The notes: generated by a model not told the origin, from the letters alone. A stretch of 64,000 nt of DNA from Balanoglossus misakiensis (GCA_040954595.2 CM082591.2:9689309-9753308), one strand, 5' to 3'; positions 1 to 13,849 are shown, numbered from the stretch's first letter. Program-made: numbers and translations.

Positions 1-1494
1 AGACAAAAGGAAAATAAAACAAGCGCAAAAACATACCAAACCTAGTTTTATTAATTAAAAACAAAATTGCTGAGTAAAGGTTTTCATGTAGGCATTCACT
101 TTGAACTTGCTAAATTAATTTAAAGAGACAAAGTCGCTCTCTCTTTGTCCTTTTGCGATGATAGAATGCTTGCTTGAAGTCTCTCGTGCAATAAATGATG
201 TCGATTCATACATGTATGGATGGTGTATAGGTGGTCGGAATTTACATGTCTTTGCCACGACCAAACCAACAACACGTAAAATCAAAGTTTGGGTCATGAA
301 ATCGAGTTTTGTTACAGTCTAGAATTTCATGCCACCCCTTATGCTCATATTATTCTTGGTAGGCAAAACTGACAAGTAGTCAAGTTTCAACACAGGCAAC
401 ATTTTTTACAAACAAACCACAAAGAAGACATCAAAAGGGAGAGAATTATAGAATGGTCAATGTGTGAAAAGTTAAGATAGGTAAAGTGGCCGGGTTCAAC
501 ATTAACTCATCGACTTCATATCGTCTTCATGCCATGGTTTTTGCCTGCCCTGAAAGTTCTTGTCGTTGCAGAAGTGGTTTTGACATAAAGAATTTAGTCT
601 TCCGGGATGTTTGTGATTATTTGAACACCAGACAATACAATGCAACCTTGACTTCCAAAATACTTACCGGCATTGCATTATCTTACCATGGTTAGGCCTA
701 CAGTGAACAAATTTTCAACAATATTTTCTGAGTTACCGCTGATATTTGTTTTGTAGTATGGATATTAAATTATACATCCCGATACAAAACAGAATGTTAT
801 AGAATCCTTCCTGGGTGATATTGAAAAAATTACCGGAATGCTACCGCCTAATCTATGGTTAGGGTTATTGCTATTATTTTATATCAGTAATCGACTTTGT
901 GTATATCAATGTCATTTTCATAACGAAAATGAACTCGAGTCTAATGTAAACGTTACGAATTGATCGAAAGGCGCTCTGATGAATGTTAACACGAGTGCGC
1001 AGTGACAAGACATGCATCGTGCATGACAGTGACAACAGTTCCTATAGAGCAGTTAAAAAAATAAACCGGCCGTCCGGAAATTTATCAGCTATATTTTTTT
1101 TTATTTAGTCACGTTTTCCCTGTTGCATGCTATTAGTTCAGGGGCCAGTTTTAGCAGTGCTCTATTGAGTACTTTCGTATCGATGGATTGATCTCTCGTC
1201 CAATCAGAATGGCGGATGGTAGCATGATCCGACATATTGCGTATTACAATAGGGCTTCCTCATACAGGTCAGAACGGAGAGGTCATTCCTTTTATTTTAG
1301 GACGTCTCAGCTCCTTTGTCTTTTCTGTTATAGTGTTAAAGAAATCAAACGGTTTTGTTTTGGCCGGTAAACACCGATGGATTAACTCTTAAGTCCATCG
1401 TGCATCCAAACGCAGTCGAGTCGGTTTGGTCATTGTTTATGCGACAGTAAATGCCAAATGTGACAGAAGCATCATATTAAATGAGATAGAATAC

Positions 1495-1546
1495 ACAAAC
1501 AAACAAACATACGAATAAACAAACAGGCAAACAAACAAACAAACAA
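1495..1546 (+). repeat. Imperfect (AAAC)n microsatellite within the macrosatellite unit
   Basis: CAAACAAACAAACATACGAATAAACAAACAGGCAAACAAACAAACAAAC; shorter in the copies near 9050 and 39850. Confidence 0.9.
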
Positions 1547-1552
1547 CCATTA

Positions 1553-1804
1553 GGGACTGTTCAGAATTTACTTCCAAGATGGGGATGGAGGATTTTTTAT
1601 TTTCCTGGTGATTTTTTTCCATGGTCTCCCCTAGTAAATTGTGGAGGAAATATGTGGTCCCTCCTTAAATTTCCTGGGGATTTTCCATGGTCCCCCTATT
1701 GTGACTTTTATGTCTAGTCTCCCCTAATTTGTCTTGGAGAAAATGGGTGGTCCCCCCCCCTCTGAAAATTCTCCGCCCCCTGGAAGTAAATTCTGAACAG
1801 TCCC
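1553..1804. mobile_element. 252-bp PIF/Harbinger-type MITE, fixed in the macrosatellite unit
   Basis: 24-bp TIR GGGACTGTTCAGAATTTACTTCCA ... TGGAAGTAAATTCTGAACAGTCCC, flanked by TTA on both sides (1550-1552, 1805-1807). A 3-bp TWA TSD is typical of PIF/Harbinger. Confidence 0.85.
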
Positions 1805-1908
1805 TTATTAAAGCCAACAGCTAGCACCCTGGCTTCTCTGCCAGAGGAGCGATAACATCGACAAAATGCAGATACACAAGAAATGAGCACTTTATTCCAC
1901 AAGTGAAG

Positions 1909-1996
1909 TAGTCTGTTCCCTGCCCCATTCCCACCGCTGGCTGCGCCCTTTAGCGTAGCGCCGATGGCAGTGGGAATGGGGCAGGGGACCAGACTA
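1909..1996. mobile_element. 88-bp foldback MITE with TAG...CTA ends and a 9-bp TSD (AcademH-like), fixed in the unit
   Basis: TAGTCTGTTCCCTGCCCCATTCCCA ... TGGGAATGGGGCAGGGGACCAGACTA, with direct repeat CAAGTGAAG at 1900-1908 and 1997-2005. Family assignment is inferred from termini and TSD length only. Confidence 0.8.
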
Positions 1997-4900
1997 CAAG
2001 TGAAGAACCCCAGTAACAGACGTAGCGAACAAACAAACTACATGTACTAACAACAAAGCAAGAAAAGTGTCAAGCGTCGTCAAAGAAAACGAAAAAGTTC
2101 TAGCATGGTTGGTAAAAGTTATTGGTAGAAAACGAATAGGGCCTTCTACAAATGACGTCTCAGACCCGCAAACGCCACCAGAACACAAAACACATGCACA
2201 GAACAGTTTAAGCCGGTTGTTGTATGGAGCAGCAATAATCTGCGGTTGGGCCGTCGTAGATTTTCGCTGGTGGTGAAAATAAATAAAACACGATCGATGT
2301 TCGATTTATTCCAGATCACATGCGTTTACGGCCAGGAGAGAGCATAAAAGTCTTCAAATGACCATGTGGTGGCGCACTTTTTCCGATTGGCTGTATTTCA
2401 ATTTGTTCGTGGTAAATTAATTTTGTGGAGGTGACCGGCACTGAAGCTCTTAGCTAGGATGAGGTGGGATGGAAAAATGCCCCATTTTAGCTGTTTTAAA
2501 ATATACGACTATTTATAGACAAAAGGAAAATAAATCAAGCGCAAAAACATACCAAACCTAGTTTTATTAATTAAAAACAAAATTGCTGAGTAAAGGTTTT
2601 CATGTGGGCATTCACTTTGAACTTGCTAAATTAATTTAAAGAGACAAAGTCGCTCTCTCTTTGTCCTTTTGCGATGATAGAATGCTTGCTTGAAGTCTCT
2701 CGTGCAATAAATGATGTCGATTCATACATGTATGGATGGTGTATAGGTGGTCGGAATTTACATGTCTTTGCCACGACCAAACCAACAACACGTAAAATCA
2801 AAGTTTGGGTCATGAAATCGAGTTTTGTTACAGTCTAGAATTTCATGCCACCCCTTATGGTCATATTATTCTTGGTAGGCAAAAGTGACAAGTAGTCAAG
2901 TTTCAACACAGGCAACATTTTTTACAAACAAACCACAAAGAAGACATCAAAAGGGAGAGACTTATAGAATGGTCAATGTGTGAAAAGTTAAGATACGTAA
3001 TGTGGCCGGGTTCAACATTAACTCATCGACTTCATATCGTCTTCATGCCATGGTTTTTGCCTGCCCTGAAAGTTCTTGTCGTTGCAGAAGTGGTTTTGAC
3101 AGAAAGAATTTAGTCTTCCGGGATGTTTGTGATTATTTGAACACCAGACAATACAATGCAACCTTGACTTCCAAAATACTTACCGGCATTGCATTATCTT
3201 ACCATGGTTAGGCCTACAGTGAACACATTTTCAACAATATTTTCTGAGTTACCGCTGATATTTGTTTTGTAGTATGGATATTAAATTATACATCCCGATA
3301 CAAAACAGAATGTTATAGAATCCTTCCTGAGTGATATTAAAAAAATTACCGGAATGCTACCGCCTAATCTATGGTTAGGGTTATTGCTATTATTTTATAT
3401 CAGTAATCGACTTTGTGTATATCAATGTCATTTTCATAACGAAAATGAACTCGAGTCTAATGTAAACGTTACGAATTGATCGAAAGGCGCTCTGATGAAT
3501 GTTAACACGAGTGCGCAGTGACAAGACATGCATCGCGCATGACAGTGACAACAGTTCCTATAGAGCAGTTAAAAAATAAACCGGCCGTCCGTAAATTTAT
3601 CAGCTATATTTTTTTTTATTTAGTCACGTTTTCCCTGTTGCATGCTATTAGTTCAGGGGCCAGTTTTAGCAGTGCTCTATTGAGTACTTTCGTATCGATG
3701 GATTGATCTCTCGTCCAATCAGAATGGCGGATGGTAGCATGATCCGACATATTGCGTATTACAATAGGGCTTCCTCATACAGGTCAGAACGGATAGGTCA
3801 TTCCTTTTATTTTAGGACGTCTCAGCTCCTTTGTCTTTTCTGTTATAGTGTTAAAGAAATCAAACGGTTTTGTTTTGGCCGGTAAACACCGATGGATTAA
3901 CTCTTAAGTCCATCGTGCATCCAAACGCAGTCGAGTCGGTTTGGTCATTGTTTATGCGACAGTAAATGCCAAATGTGACAGAAGCATCATATTAAATGGG
4001 ATAGAATACACAAACAAACAAACATACGAATAAACAAACAGGCAAACAAACAAACAAACAACCATTAGGGACTGTTCAGAATTTACTTCCAAGTTGGGGA
4101 TGGAGGATTTTCTATTTTCCTGGTGATTTTTTTCCATGGTCTCCCCTAGTAAATTGTGGAGGAAATATGTGGTCCCTCCTTAAATTTCATGGGGATTTTC
4201 CATGGTCCCCCCTATTGTGACTTTTATGTCTAGTCTCCCCTAATTTGTCTTGGAGAAAATGAGTGGTCCCCCCCCCCTCTGAAAATTCTCCGCCCCCCTG
4301 GAAGTAAATTCTGAACAGTCCCTTATTAAAGCCAACAGCTAGCACCCTGGCTTCTCTGCCAGAGGAGCGATAACATCGACAAAATGCAGATACACAAGAA
4401 ATGAGCACTTTATTCCACAAGTGAAGTAGTCTGTTCCCTGCCCCATTCCCACCGCTGGCTGCGCCCTTTAGCGTAGCGCCGATGGCAGTGGGAATGGGGC
4501 AGGGGACCAGACTACAAGTGAAGAACCCCAGTAACAGACGTAACGAACAAACAAACTACATGTACTAACAACAAAGCAAGAAAAGTGTCAAGCGTCGTCA
4601 AAGAAAACGAAAAAGTTCTAGCATGGTTGGTAAAAGTTATTGGTAGAAAACGAATAGGGCCTTCTACAAATGACGTCTCAGACCCGCAAACGCCACCAGA
4701 ACACAAAACACATGCACAGAACAGTTTAAGCCGGTTGTTGTATGGAGCAGCAATAATCTGCGGTTGGGCCGTCGTAGATTTTCGCTGGTGGTGAAAATAA
4801 ATAAAACACGATCGATGTTCGATTTATTTCAGATCACATGCGTTTACGGCCAGGAGAGAGCATAAAAGTCTTCAAATGACCATGTGGTGGCGCACTTTTT

Positions 4901-7900
4901 CCGATTGGCTGTATTTCAATTTGTTCGTGGTAAATTAATTTTGTGGAGGTGACCGGCACTGAAGCTCTTAGCTAGGATGAGGTGGGATGGAAAAATGCCC
5001 CATTTTAGCTGTTTTAAAATATACGACTATTTATAGACAAAAGGAAAATAAAACAAGCGCAAAAACATACCAAACCTAGTTTTATTAATTAAAAACAAAA
5101 TTGCTGAGTAAAGGTTTTCATGTGGGCATTCACTTTGAACTTGCTAAATTAATTTAAAGAGACAAAGTCGCTCTCTATTTGTCCTTTTGCGATGATAGAA
5201 TGCTTGCTTGAAGTCTCTCGTGCAATAAATGATGTCGATTCATACATGTATGGATGGTGTATAGGTGGTCGGAATTTACATGTCTTTGCCACGACCAAAC
5301 CAACAACACGTAAAATCAAAGTTTGGGTCATAAAATCGAGTTTGGTTACAGTCTAGAATTTCATGCCACCCCTTATGGTCATATTATTCTTGGTAGGCAA
5401 AAGTGACAAGTAGTCAAGTTTCAACACAGGCAACATTTTTTACAAACAAACCACAAAGAAGACATCAAAAGGGAGAGAATTATAGAATGGTCAATGTGTG
5501 AAAAGTTAAGATACGTAAAGTGGCCGGGTTCAACATTAACTCATCGACTTCATATCGTCTTCATGCCATGGTTTTTGCCTGCCCTGAAAGTTCTTGTCGT
5601 TGCAGAAGTGGTTTTGACAGAAAGAATTTAGTCTTCCGGGATGTTTGTGATTATTTGAACACCAGACAATACAATGCAACCTTGACTTCCAAAATATTTA
5701 CCGGCATTGCATTATCTTACCATGGTTAGGCCTACAGTGAACAAATTTTCAACAATATTTTCTGAGTTACCGCTGATATTTGTTTTGTAGTATGGATATT
5801 AAATTATACATCCCGATACAAAACAGAATGTTATAGAATCCTTCCTGAGTGATATTGAAAAAATTACCGGAATGCTACCGCCTAATCTATGGTTAGGGTT
5901 ATTGCTATTATTCTATATCAGTAATCGACTTTGTGTATATCAATGTCATTTTCATAACGAAAATGAACTCGAGTCTAATGTAAACGTTACGAATTGATCG
6001 AAAGGCGCTCTGATGAATGTTAACACGAGTGCGCAGTGACAAGACATGCATCGTGCATGACAGTGACAACAGTTCCTATAGAGCAGTTAAAAAATAAACC
6101 GGCCGTCCGTAAATTTATCAGCTATATTTTTTTTTATTTAGTCACGTTTTCCCTGTTGCATGCTATTAGTTCAGGGGCCAGTTTTAGCAGTGCTCTATTG
6201 AGTACTTTCATATCGATGGATTGATCTCTCCTCCAATCAGAATGGCGGATGGTAGCATGATCCGACATATTGCGTATTACAATAGGGCTTCCTCATACAG
6301 GTCAGAACGGAGAGGTCATTCCTTTTATTTTAGGACGTCTCAGCTCCTTTGTCTTTTCTGTTATAGTGTTAAAGAAATCAAACGGTTTTGTTTTGGCCGG
6401 TAAACACCGATGGATTAACTCTTAAGTCCATCGTGCATCCAAACGCAGTCGAGTCGGTTTGGTCATTGTTTATGCGACAGTAAATGCCAAATGTGACAGA
6501 AGCATCATATTAAATGAGATAGAATACACAAACAAACAAACATACGAATAAACAAACAGGCAAACAAACAAACAAACAACCATTAGGGACTGTTCAGAAT
6601 TTACTTCCAAGTTGGGGATGGAGGATTTTTTATTTTCCTGGTGATTTTTTTCCATGGTCTCCCCTAGTAAATTGTGGAGGAAATATGTGGTCCCTCCTTA
6701 AATTTCCTGGGGATTTTCCATGGTCCCCTTATTGTGACTTTTATGTCTAGTCTCCCCTAATTTGTCTTGGAGAAAATGGGTGGTCCCCCCCCTCTGAAAA
6801 TTCTCCGCCCCCTGGAAGTAAATTCTGAACAGTCCCTTATTAAAGCCAACAGCTAGCACCCTGGCTTCTCTGCCAGAGGAGCGATAACATCGACAAAATG
6901 CAGATACACAAGAAATGAGCACTTTATTCCACAAGTGAAGTAGTCTGTTCCCTGCCCCATTCCCACCGCTGGCTGTGCCCTTTAGCGTAGCGCCGATGGC
7001 AGTGGGAATGGGGCAGGGGACCAGACTACAAGTGAAGAACCCCAGTAACAGACGTAACGAACAAACAAACTACATGTACTAACAACAAAGCAAGAAAAGT
7101 GTCAAGCGTCGTCAAAGAAAACGAAAAAGTTCTAGCATGGTTGGTAAAAGTTATTGGTAGAAAACGAATAGGGCCTTCTACAAATGACGTCTCAGACCCG
7201 CAAACGCCACCAGAACACAAAACACATGCACAGAACAGTTTAAGCCGGTTGTTGTATGGAGCATCAATAATCTGCGGTTGGGCCGTCGTAGATTTTCGCT
7301 GGTGGTGAAAATAAATAAAACACGATCGATGTTCGATTTATTCCAGATCACATGCGTTTACGGCCAGGAGAGAGCATAAAAGTCTTCAAATGACCATGTG
7401 GTGGCGCACTTTTTCCGATTGGCTGTATTTCAATTTGTTCGTGGTAAATTAATTTTGTGGAGGTGACCGGCACTGAAGCTCTTAGCTAGGATGAGGTGGG
7501 ATGGAAAAATGCCCCATTTTAGCTGTTTTAAAATATACGACTATTTATAGACAAAAGGAAAATAAAACAAGCGCAAAAACATACCAAACCTAGTTTTATT
7601 AATTAAAAACAAAATTGCTGAGTAAAGGTTTTCATGTGGGCATTCACTTTGAACTTGCTAAATTAATTTAAAGAGACAAAGTCGCTCTCTCTTTGTCCTT
7701 TTGCGATGATAGAATGCTTGCTTGAAGTCTCTCGTGCAATAAATTATGTCGATTCATACATGTATGGATGGTGTATAGGTGGTCGGAATTTACATGTCTT
7801 TGCCACGACCAAACCAACAACACGTAAAATCAAAGTTTGGGTCATGAAATCGAGTTTTGTTACAGTCTGGAATTTCATGCCACCCCTTATGGTCATATTA

Positions 7901-10900
7901 TTCTTGGTAGGCAAAAGTGACAAGTAGTCAAGTTTCAACACAGGCAACATTTTTTACAAACAAACCACAAAGAAGACATCAAAAGGGAGAGAATTATAGA
8001 ATGGTCAATGTGTGAAAAGTTAAGATACGTAAAGTGGCCGGGTTCAACATTAACTCATCGACTTCATATCGTCTTCATGCCATGGTTTTTGCCTGCCCTG
8101 AAAGTTCTTGTCGTTGCAGAAGTGGTTTTGACAGAAAGAATTTAGTCTACCGGGATGTTTGTGATTATTTGAACACCAGACAATACAATGCAACCTTGAC
8201 TTCCAAAATACTTACCGGCATTGCATTATCTTACCATGGTTAGGCCTACAGTGAACAAATTTTCAACAATATTTTCTGAGTTACCGCTGATATTTGTTTT
8301 GTAGTATGGATATTAAATTATACATCCCGATACATAGCAGAATGTTATAGAATCCTTCCTGAGTGATATTGAAAAAAATTACCGGAATGCTACCGCCTAA
8401 TCTATGGTTAGGGTTATTGCTATTATTTTATATCAGTAATCGACTTTGTGTATATCAATGTCATTTTCATAACGAAAATGAACTCGAGTCTAATGTAAAC
8501 GTTACGAATTGATCGAAAGGCGCTCTGATGAATGTTAACACGAGTGCGCAGTGACAAGACATGCATCGTGCATGACAGTGACAACAGTTCCTATAGAGCA
8601 GTTAAAAAATAAACCGGCCGTCCGTAAATTTATCAGCTATATTTTTTTTATTTATTCACGTTTTTCCTGTTGCATGCTATTAGTTCATGGGCCAGTTTTA
8701 GCAGTGCTCTATTGAGTACTTTCGTATCGATGGATTGATCTCTCGTCCAATCAGAATGGCGGATGGTAGCATGATCCGACATATTGCGTATTACAATAGG
8801 GCTTCCTCATACAGGTCAGAACGGAGAGGTCATTCCTTTTATTTTAGGACGTCTCAGCTCCTTTGTCTTTTCTGTTATAGTGTTAAAGAAATCAAACGGT
8901 TTTGTTTTGGCCGGTAAACACCGATGGATTAACTCTTAAGTCCATCGTGCATCCAAACGCAGTCGAGTCGGTTTGGTCATTGTTTATGCGACAGTAAATG
9001 CCAAATGTGACAGAAGCATCATATTAAATGAGATAGAATACACAAACAAACAAACATACGAATAAACAAACAGGCAAACAAACAACCATTAGGGACTGCT
9101 CAGAATTTACTTCCAAGTTGGGGATGGAGGATTTTTTATTTTCCTGGTGATTTTTTTCCATGGTCTCCCCTAGTAAATTGTGGAGGAAATATGTGGTCCC
9201 TCCTTAAATTTCCTGGGGATTTTCCATGGTCCCCCTATTGTGACTTTTATGTCTAGTCTCCCCTAATTTGTCTTGGAGAAAATGGGTGGTCCCCCCCCCC
9301 TCTGAAAATTCTCCACCCCCTGGAAGTAAATTCTGAACAGTCCCTTATTAAAGCCAACAGCTAGCACCCTGGCTTCTCTGCCAGAGGAGCGATAACATCG
9401 ACAAAATGCAGATACACAAGAAATGAGCACTTTATTCCACAAGTGAAGTAGTCTGTTCCCTGCCCCATTCCCACCGCTGGCTGCGCCCTTTAGCGTAGCG
9501 CCGATGGCAGTGGGAATGGGGCAGGGGACCAGACTACAAGTGAAGAACCCCAGTAACAGACGTAACGAACAAACAAACTACATGTACTAACAACAAAGCA
9601 AGAAAAGTGTCAAGCGTCGTCAAAGAAAACGAAAAAGTTCTAGCATGGTTGGTAAAAGTTATTGGTAGAAAACGAATAGGGCCTTCTACAAATGACGTCT
9701 CAGACCCGCAAACGCCACCAGAACACAAAACACATGCACAGAACAGTTTAAGCCGGTTGTTGTATGGAGCAGCAATAATCTGCGGTTGGGCCGTCGTAGA
9801 TTTTCGCTGGTGGTGAAAATAAATAAAACACGATCGATGTTCGATTTATTCCAGATCACATGCGTTTACGGCCAGGAGAGAGCATAAAAGTCTTCAAATG
9901 ACCATGTGGTGGCGCACTTTTTCCGATTGGCTGTATTTCAATTTGTTCGTGGTAAATTAATTCTGTGGAGGTGACCGGCACTGAAGCTCTTAGCTAGGAT
10001 GAGGTGGGATGGAAAAATGCCCCATTTTAGCTGTTTTAAAATATACGACTATTTATAGACAAAAGGAAAATAAAACAAGCGCAAAAACATACCAAACCTA
10101 GTTTTATTAATTAAAAACAAAATTGCTGAGTAAAGGTTTTCATGTGGGCATTCACTTTGAACTTGCTAAATTAATTTAAAGAGACAAAGTTGCTCTCTCT
10201 TTGTCCTTTTGCGATGATAGAATGCTTGCTTGAAGTCTCTCGTGCAATAAATGATGTCGATTCATACATGTATGGATGGTGTATAGGTGGTCGGAATTTA
10301 CATGTCTTTGCCAGGACCAAACCAACAACACGTAAAATCAAAGTTTGGGTCATGAAATCGAGTTTTGTTACAGTCTAGAATTTCATGCCACCCCTTATGG
10401 TCATATTATTCTTGGTAGGCAAACGTGACAAGTAGTCAAGAGAATTATAGAATGGTCAATGTGTGAAAAGTTAAGATACGTAAAGTGGCCGGGTTCAACT
10501 CATCGACTTCATATCGTCTTCATGCCATGGTTTTTGCCTGCCCTGAAAGTTCTTGTCGTTGCAGAAGTGGTTTTGACAGAAAGAATTTAGTCTTCCGGGA
10601 TGTTTGTGATTATTTGAACACCAGACAATACAATGCAACCTTGACTTCCAAAATACTTACCGGCATTGCATTATCTTACCATGGTTAGGCCTACAGTGAA
10701 CAAATTTTCAACAATATTTTCTGAGTTACCGCTGATATTTGTTTTGTAGTATGGATATTAAATTATACATCCCTATTCAAAGCAGAATGTTATAGAATCC
10801 TTCCTGAGTGATATTGAAAAAATTACCGGAATGCTACCGCCTAATCTATGGTTAGGGTTATTGCTATTATTTTATATCAGTAATCGACTTTGTGTATATC

Positions 10901-13849
10901 AATGTCATTTTCATAACGAAAATGAACTCGAGTCTAATGTAAACGTTACGAATTGATCGAAAGGCGCTCTGATGAATGTTAACACGAGTGCGCAGTGACA
11001 AGACATGCATCGTGCATGACAGTGACAACAGTTCCTATAGAGCAGTTAAAAAATAAACCGGCCGTCCGTAAATTTATCAGCTATATTTTTTTTTTATTTA
11101 GTCACGTTTTCCCTGTTGCATGCTATTAGTTCAGGGGCCAGTTTTAGCAGTGCTCTATTGAGTACTTTCGTATCGATGGATTGATCTCTCGTCCAATCAG
11201 AATGGCGGATGGTAGCATGATCCGACATATTGCGTATTACAATAGGGCTTCCTCATACAGGTCAGAACGGTGAGGTCATTCCTTTTATTTTAGGACGTCT
11301 CAGCTCCTTTGTCTTTTCTGTTATAGTGTTAAAGAAATCAAACGGTTTTGTTTTGGCCGGTAAACACCGATGGATTAACTCTTAAGTCCATCGTGCATCC
11401 AAACGCAGTCGAGTCGGTTTGGTCATTGTTTATGCGACAGTAAATGCCAAATGTGACAGAAGCATCATATTAAATGAGATAGAATACACAAACAAACAAA
11501 CATACGAATAAACAAACAGGCAAACAAACAAACAAACAACCATTAGGGACTGTTCAGAATTTACTTCCAAGTTGGGGATGGAGGATTTTTTATTTTCCTG
11601 GTGATTTTTTTCCATGGTCTCCCCTAGTAAATTGTGGAGGAAATATGTGGTCCCTCCTTAAATTTCCTGGGGATTTTCCATGGTCCCCCTATTGTGACTT
11701 TTATGTCTAGTCTCCCCTAATTTGTCTTGGAGAAAATGGGTGGTCCCCCCCTCTGAAAATTCTCCGCCCCCTGGAAGTAAATTCTGAACAGTCCCTTATT
11801 AAAGCCAACAGCTAGCACCCTGGCTTCTCTGCCAGAGGAGCGATAACATCGACAAAATGCAGATACACAAGAAATGAGCACTTTATTCCACAAGTGAAGT
11901 AGTCTGTTCCCTGCCCCATTCCCACCGCTGGCTGCGCCCTTTAGCGTAGCGCCGATGGCAGTGGGAATGGGGCAGGGGACCAGACTACAAGTGAAGAACC
12001 CCAGTAACAGACGTAACGAACAAACAAACTACATGTACTAACAACAAAGCAAGAAAAGTGTCAAGCGTCGTCAAAGAAAACGAAAACGTTCTAGCATGGT
12101 TGGTAAAAGTTATTGGTAGAAAACGAATAGGGCCTTCTACAAATGACGTCTCAGACCCGCAAACGCCACCAGAACACAAAACACATGCACAGAACAGTTT
12201 AAGCCGGTTGTTGTATGGAGCAGCAATAATCTGCGGTTGGGCCGTCGTAGATTTTCGCTGGTGGTGAAAATAAATAAAACACGATCGATGTTCGATTTAT
12301 TCCAGATCACATGCGTTTACGGCCAGGAGAGAGCATAAAAGTCTTCAAATGACCATGTGGTGGCGCACTTTTTCCGATTGGCTGTATTTCAATTTGTTCG
12401 TGGTAAATTAATTTTGTGGAGGTGACCGGCACTGAAGCTCTTAGCTAGGATGAGGTGGGATGGAAAAATGCCCCATTTTAGATGTTTTAAAATATACGAC
12501 TATTTATAGACAAAAGGAAAATAAAACGAGCGCAAAAACATACCAAACCTAGTTTTATTAATTAAAAACAAAATTGCCGAGTAAAGGTTTTCATGTGGGC
12601 ATTCACTTTGAACTTGCTAAATTAATTTAAAGAGACAAAGTCGCTCTCTCTTTGTCCTTTTGCGATGATAGAATGCTTGCTTGAAGTCTCTCGTGCAATA
12701 AATGATGTCGATTCATACATGTATGGATGGTGTATAGGTGGTCGGAATTTACATGTCTTTGCCACGACCAAACCAACAACACGTAAAATCAAAGTTTGGG
12801 TCATGAAATCGAGTTTTGTTACAGTCTAGAATTTCATGCCACCCCTTATGGTCATATTATTCTTGGTAGGCAAAAGTGACAAGTAGTCAAGTTTCAACAC
12901 AGGCAACATTTTTTTACAAACAAACCACAAAGAAGACATCAAAAGGGAGAGAATTATAGAATGGTCAATGTGTGAAAAGTTAAGATACGTAAAGTGGCCG
13001 GGTTCAACATTAACTCATCGACTTCATATCGTCTTTGTGCCATGGTTTTTGCCTGCCCTGAAAGTTCTTGTCGTTGCAGAAGTGGTTTTGACAGAAAGAA
13101 TTTAGTCTTCCGGGATGTTTGTGATTATTTGAACACCAGACAATACAATGCAACCTTGACTTCCAAAATACTTACCGGCATTGCATTATCTTACCATGGT
13201 TAGGCCTACAGTGAACACATTTTCAACAATATTTTCTGAGTTACCGCTGATATTTGTTTTGTAGTATGGATATTAAATTATACATCCCGATACAAAACAG
13301 AATGTTATAGAATCCTTCCTGAGTGATATTGAAAAAATTACCGGAATGCTACCGCCTAATCTATGGTTAGGGTTATTGCTATTATTTTATATCAGTAATC
13401 GACTTTGTGTATATCAATGTCATTTTTATAACGAAAATGAACTCGAGTCTAATGTAAACGTTACGAATTGATCGAAAGGCGCTCTGGTGAATGTTAACAC
13501 GAGTGCGCAGTGACAAGACATGCATCGTGCGTGACAGTGACAACAGTTCCTATAGAGCAGTTAAAAAATAAACCGGTCGTCCGTAAATTTATCAGCTATA
13601 TTTTTTTTTATTTAGTCACGTTTTCCCTGTTGCATGCTATTAGTTCAGGGGCCAGTTTTAGCAGTGCTCTATTGAGTACTTTCGTATCGATGGATTGATC
13701 TCTCGTCCAATCAGAATGGCGGATGGTAGCATGATCCGACATATTGCGTATTACAATAGGGCTTCCTCATACAGGTCAGAACGGAGAGGTCATTCCTTTT
13801 ATTTTAGGACGTCTCAGCTCCTTTGTCTTTTCTGTTATTTTTGACAAAT

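Larger units (their letters stand above)
1..13838. repeat. ~2,515-bp macrosatellite, left arm (5 units plus ~1,330 bp; continues beyond the window start)
   Basis: AGACAAAAGGAAAATAAA recurs at 1, 2517, 5035, 7549, 10057 and 12508. Identical short ORFs recur at the same period. Similarity to the unit stops after ...CTTTTCTGTTAT at 13838. Confidence 0.98.

Noticed and set aside
660-690. U1 snRNA (ATACTTACC-GGCA start)
   Set aside because: Only the first ~13 nt resemble U1; the stem-loops and Sm region do not follow.
857-867. Telomeric repeat (GGTTAGGGTTA)
   Set aside because: Fewer than two units; chance-level match.
960-1000. Hammerhead ribozyme (CGAAA ... CTGATGA)
   Set aside because: Only 6 nt separate GAAA from CTGATGA and no GAAA follows the candidate stem II, so the three-stem core cannot form.
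115-2276. Recurring 60-79 aa ORFs in each macrosatellite unit
   Set aside because: Short, overlapping on both strands, many with non-ATG starts, crossing MITEs and microsatellites, and broken by stops or frameshifts in various copies; no recognisable domain.
2392-2445. Plus-strand donor plus Sm-like site (GTG|GTAAATTAATTTTGTGG)
   Set aside because: Weak donor only ~6 nt from the U-tract, with no convincing stems; too little support.
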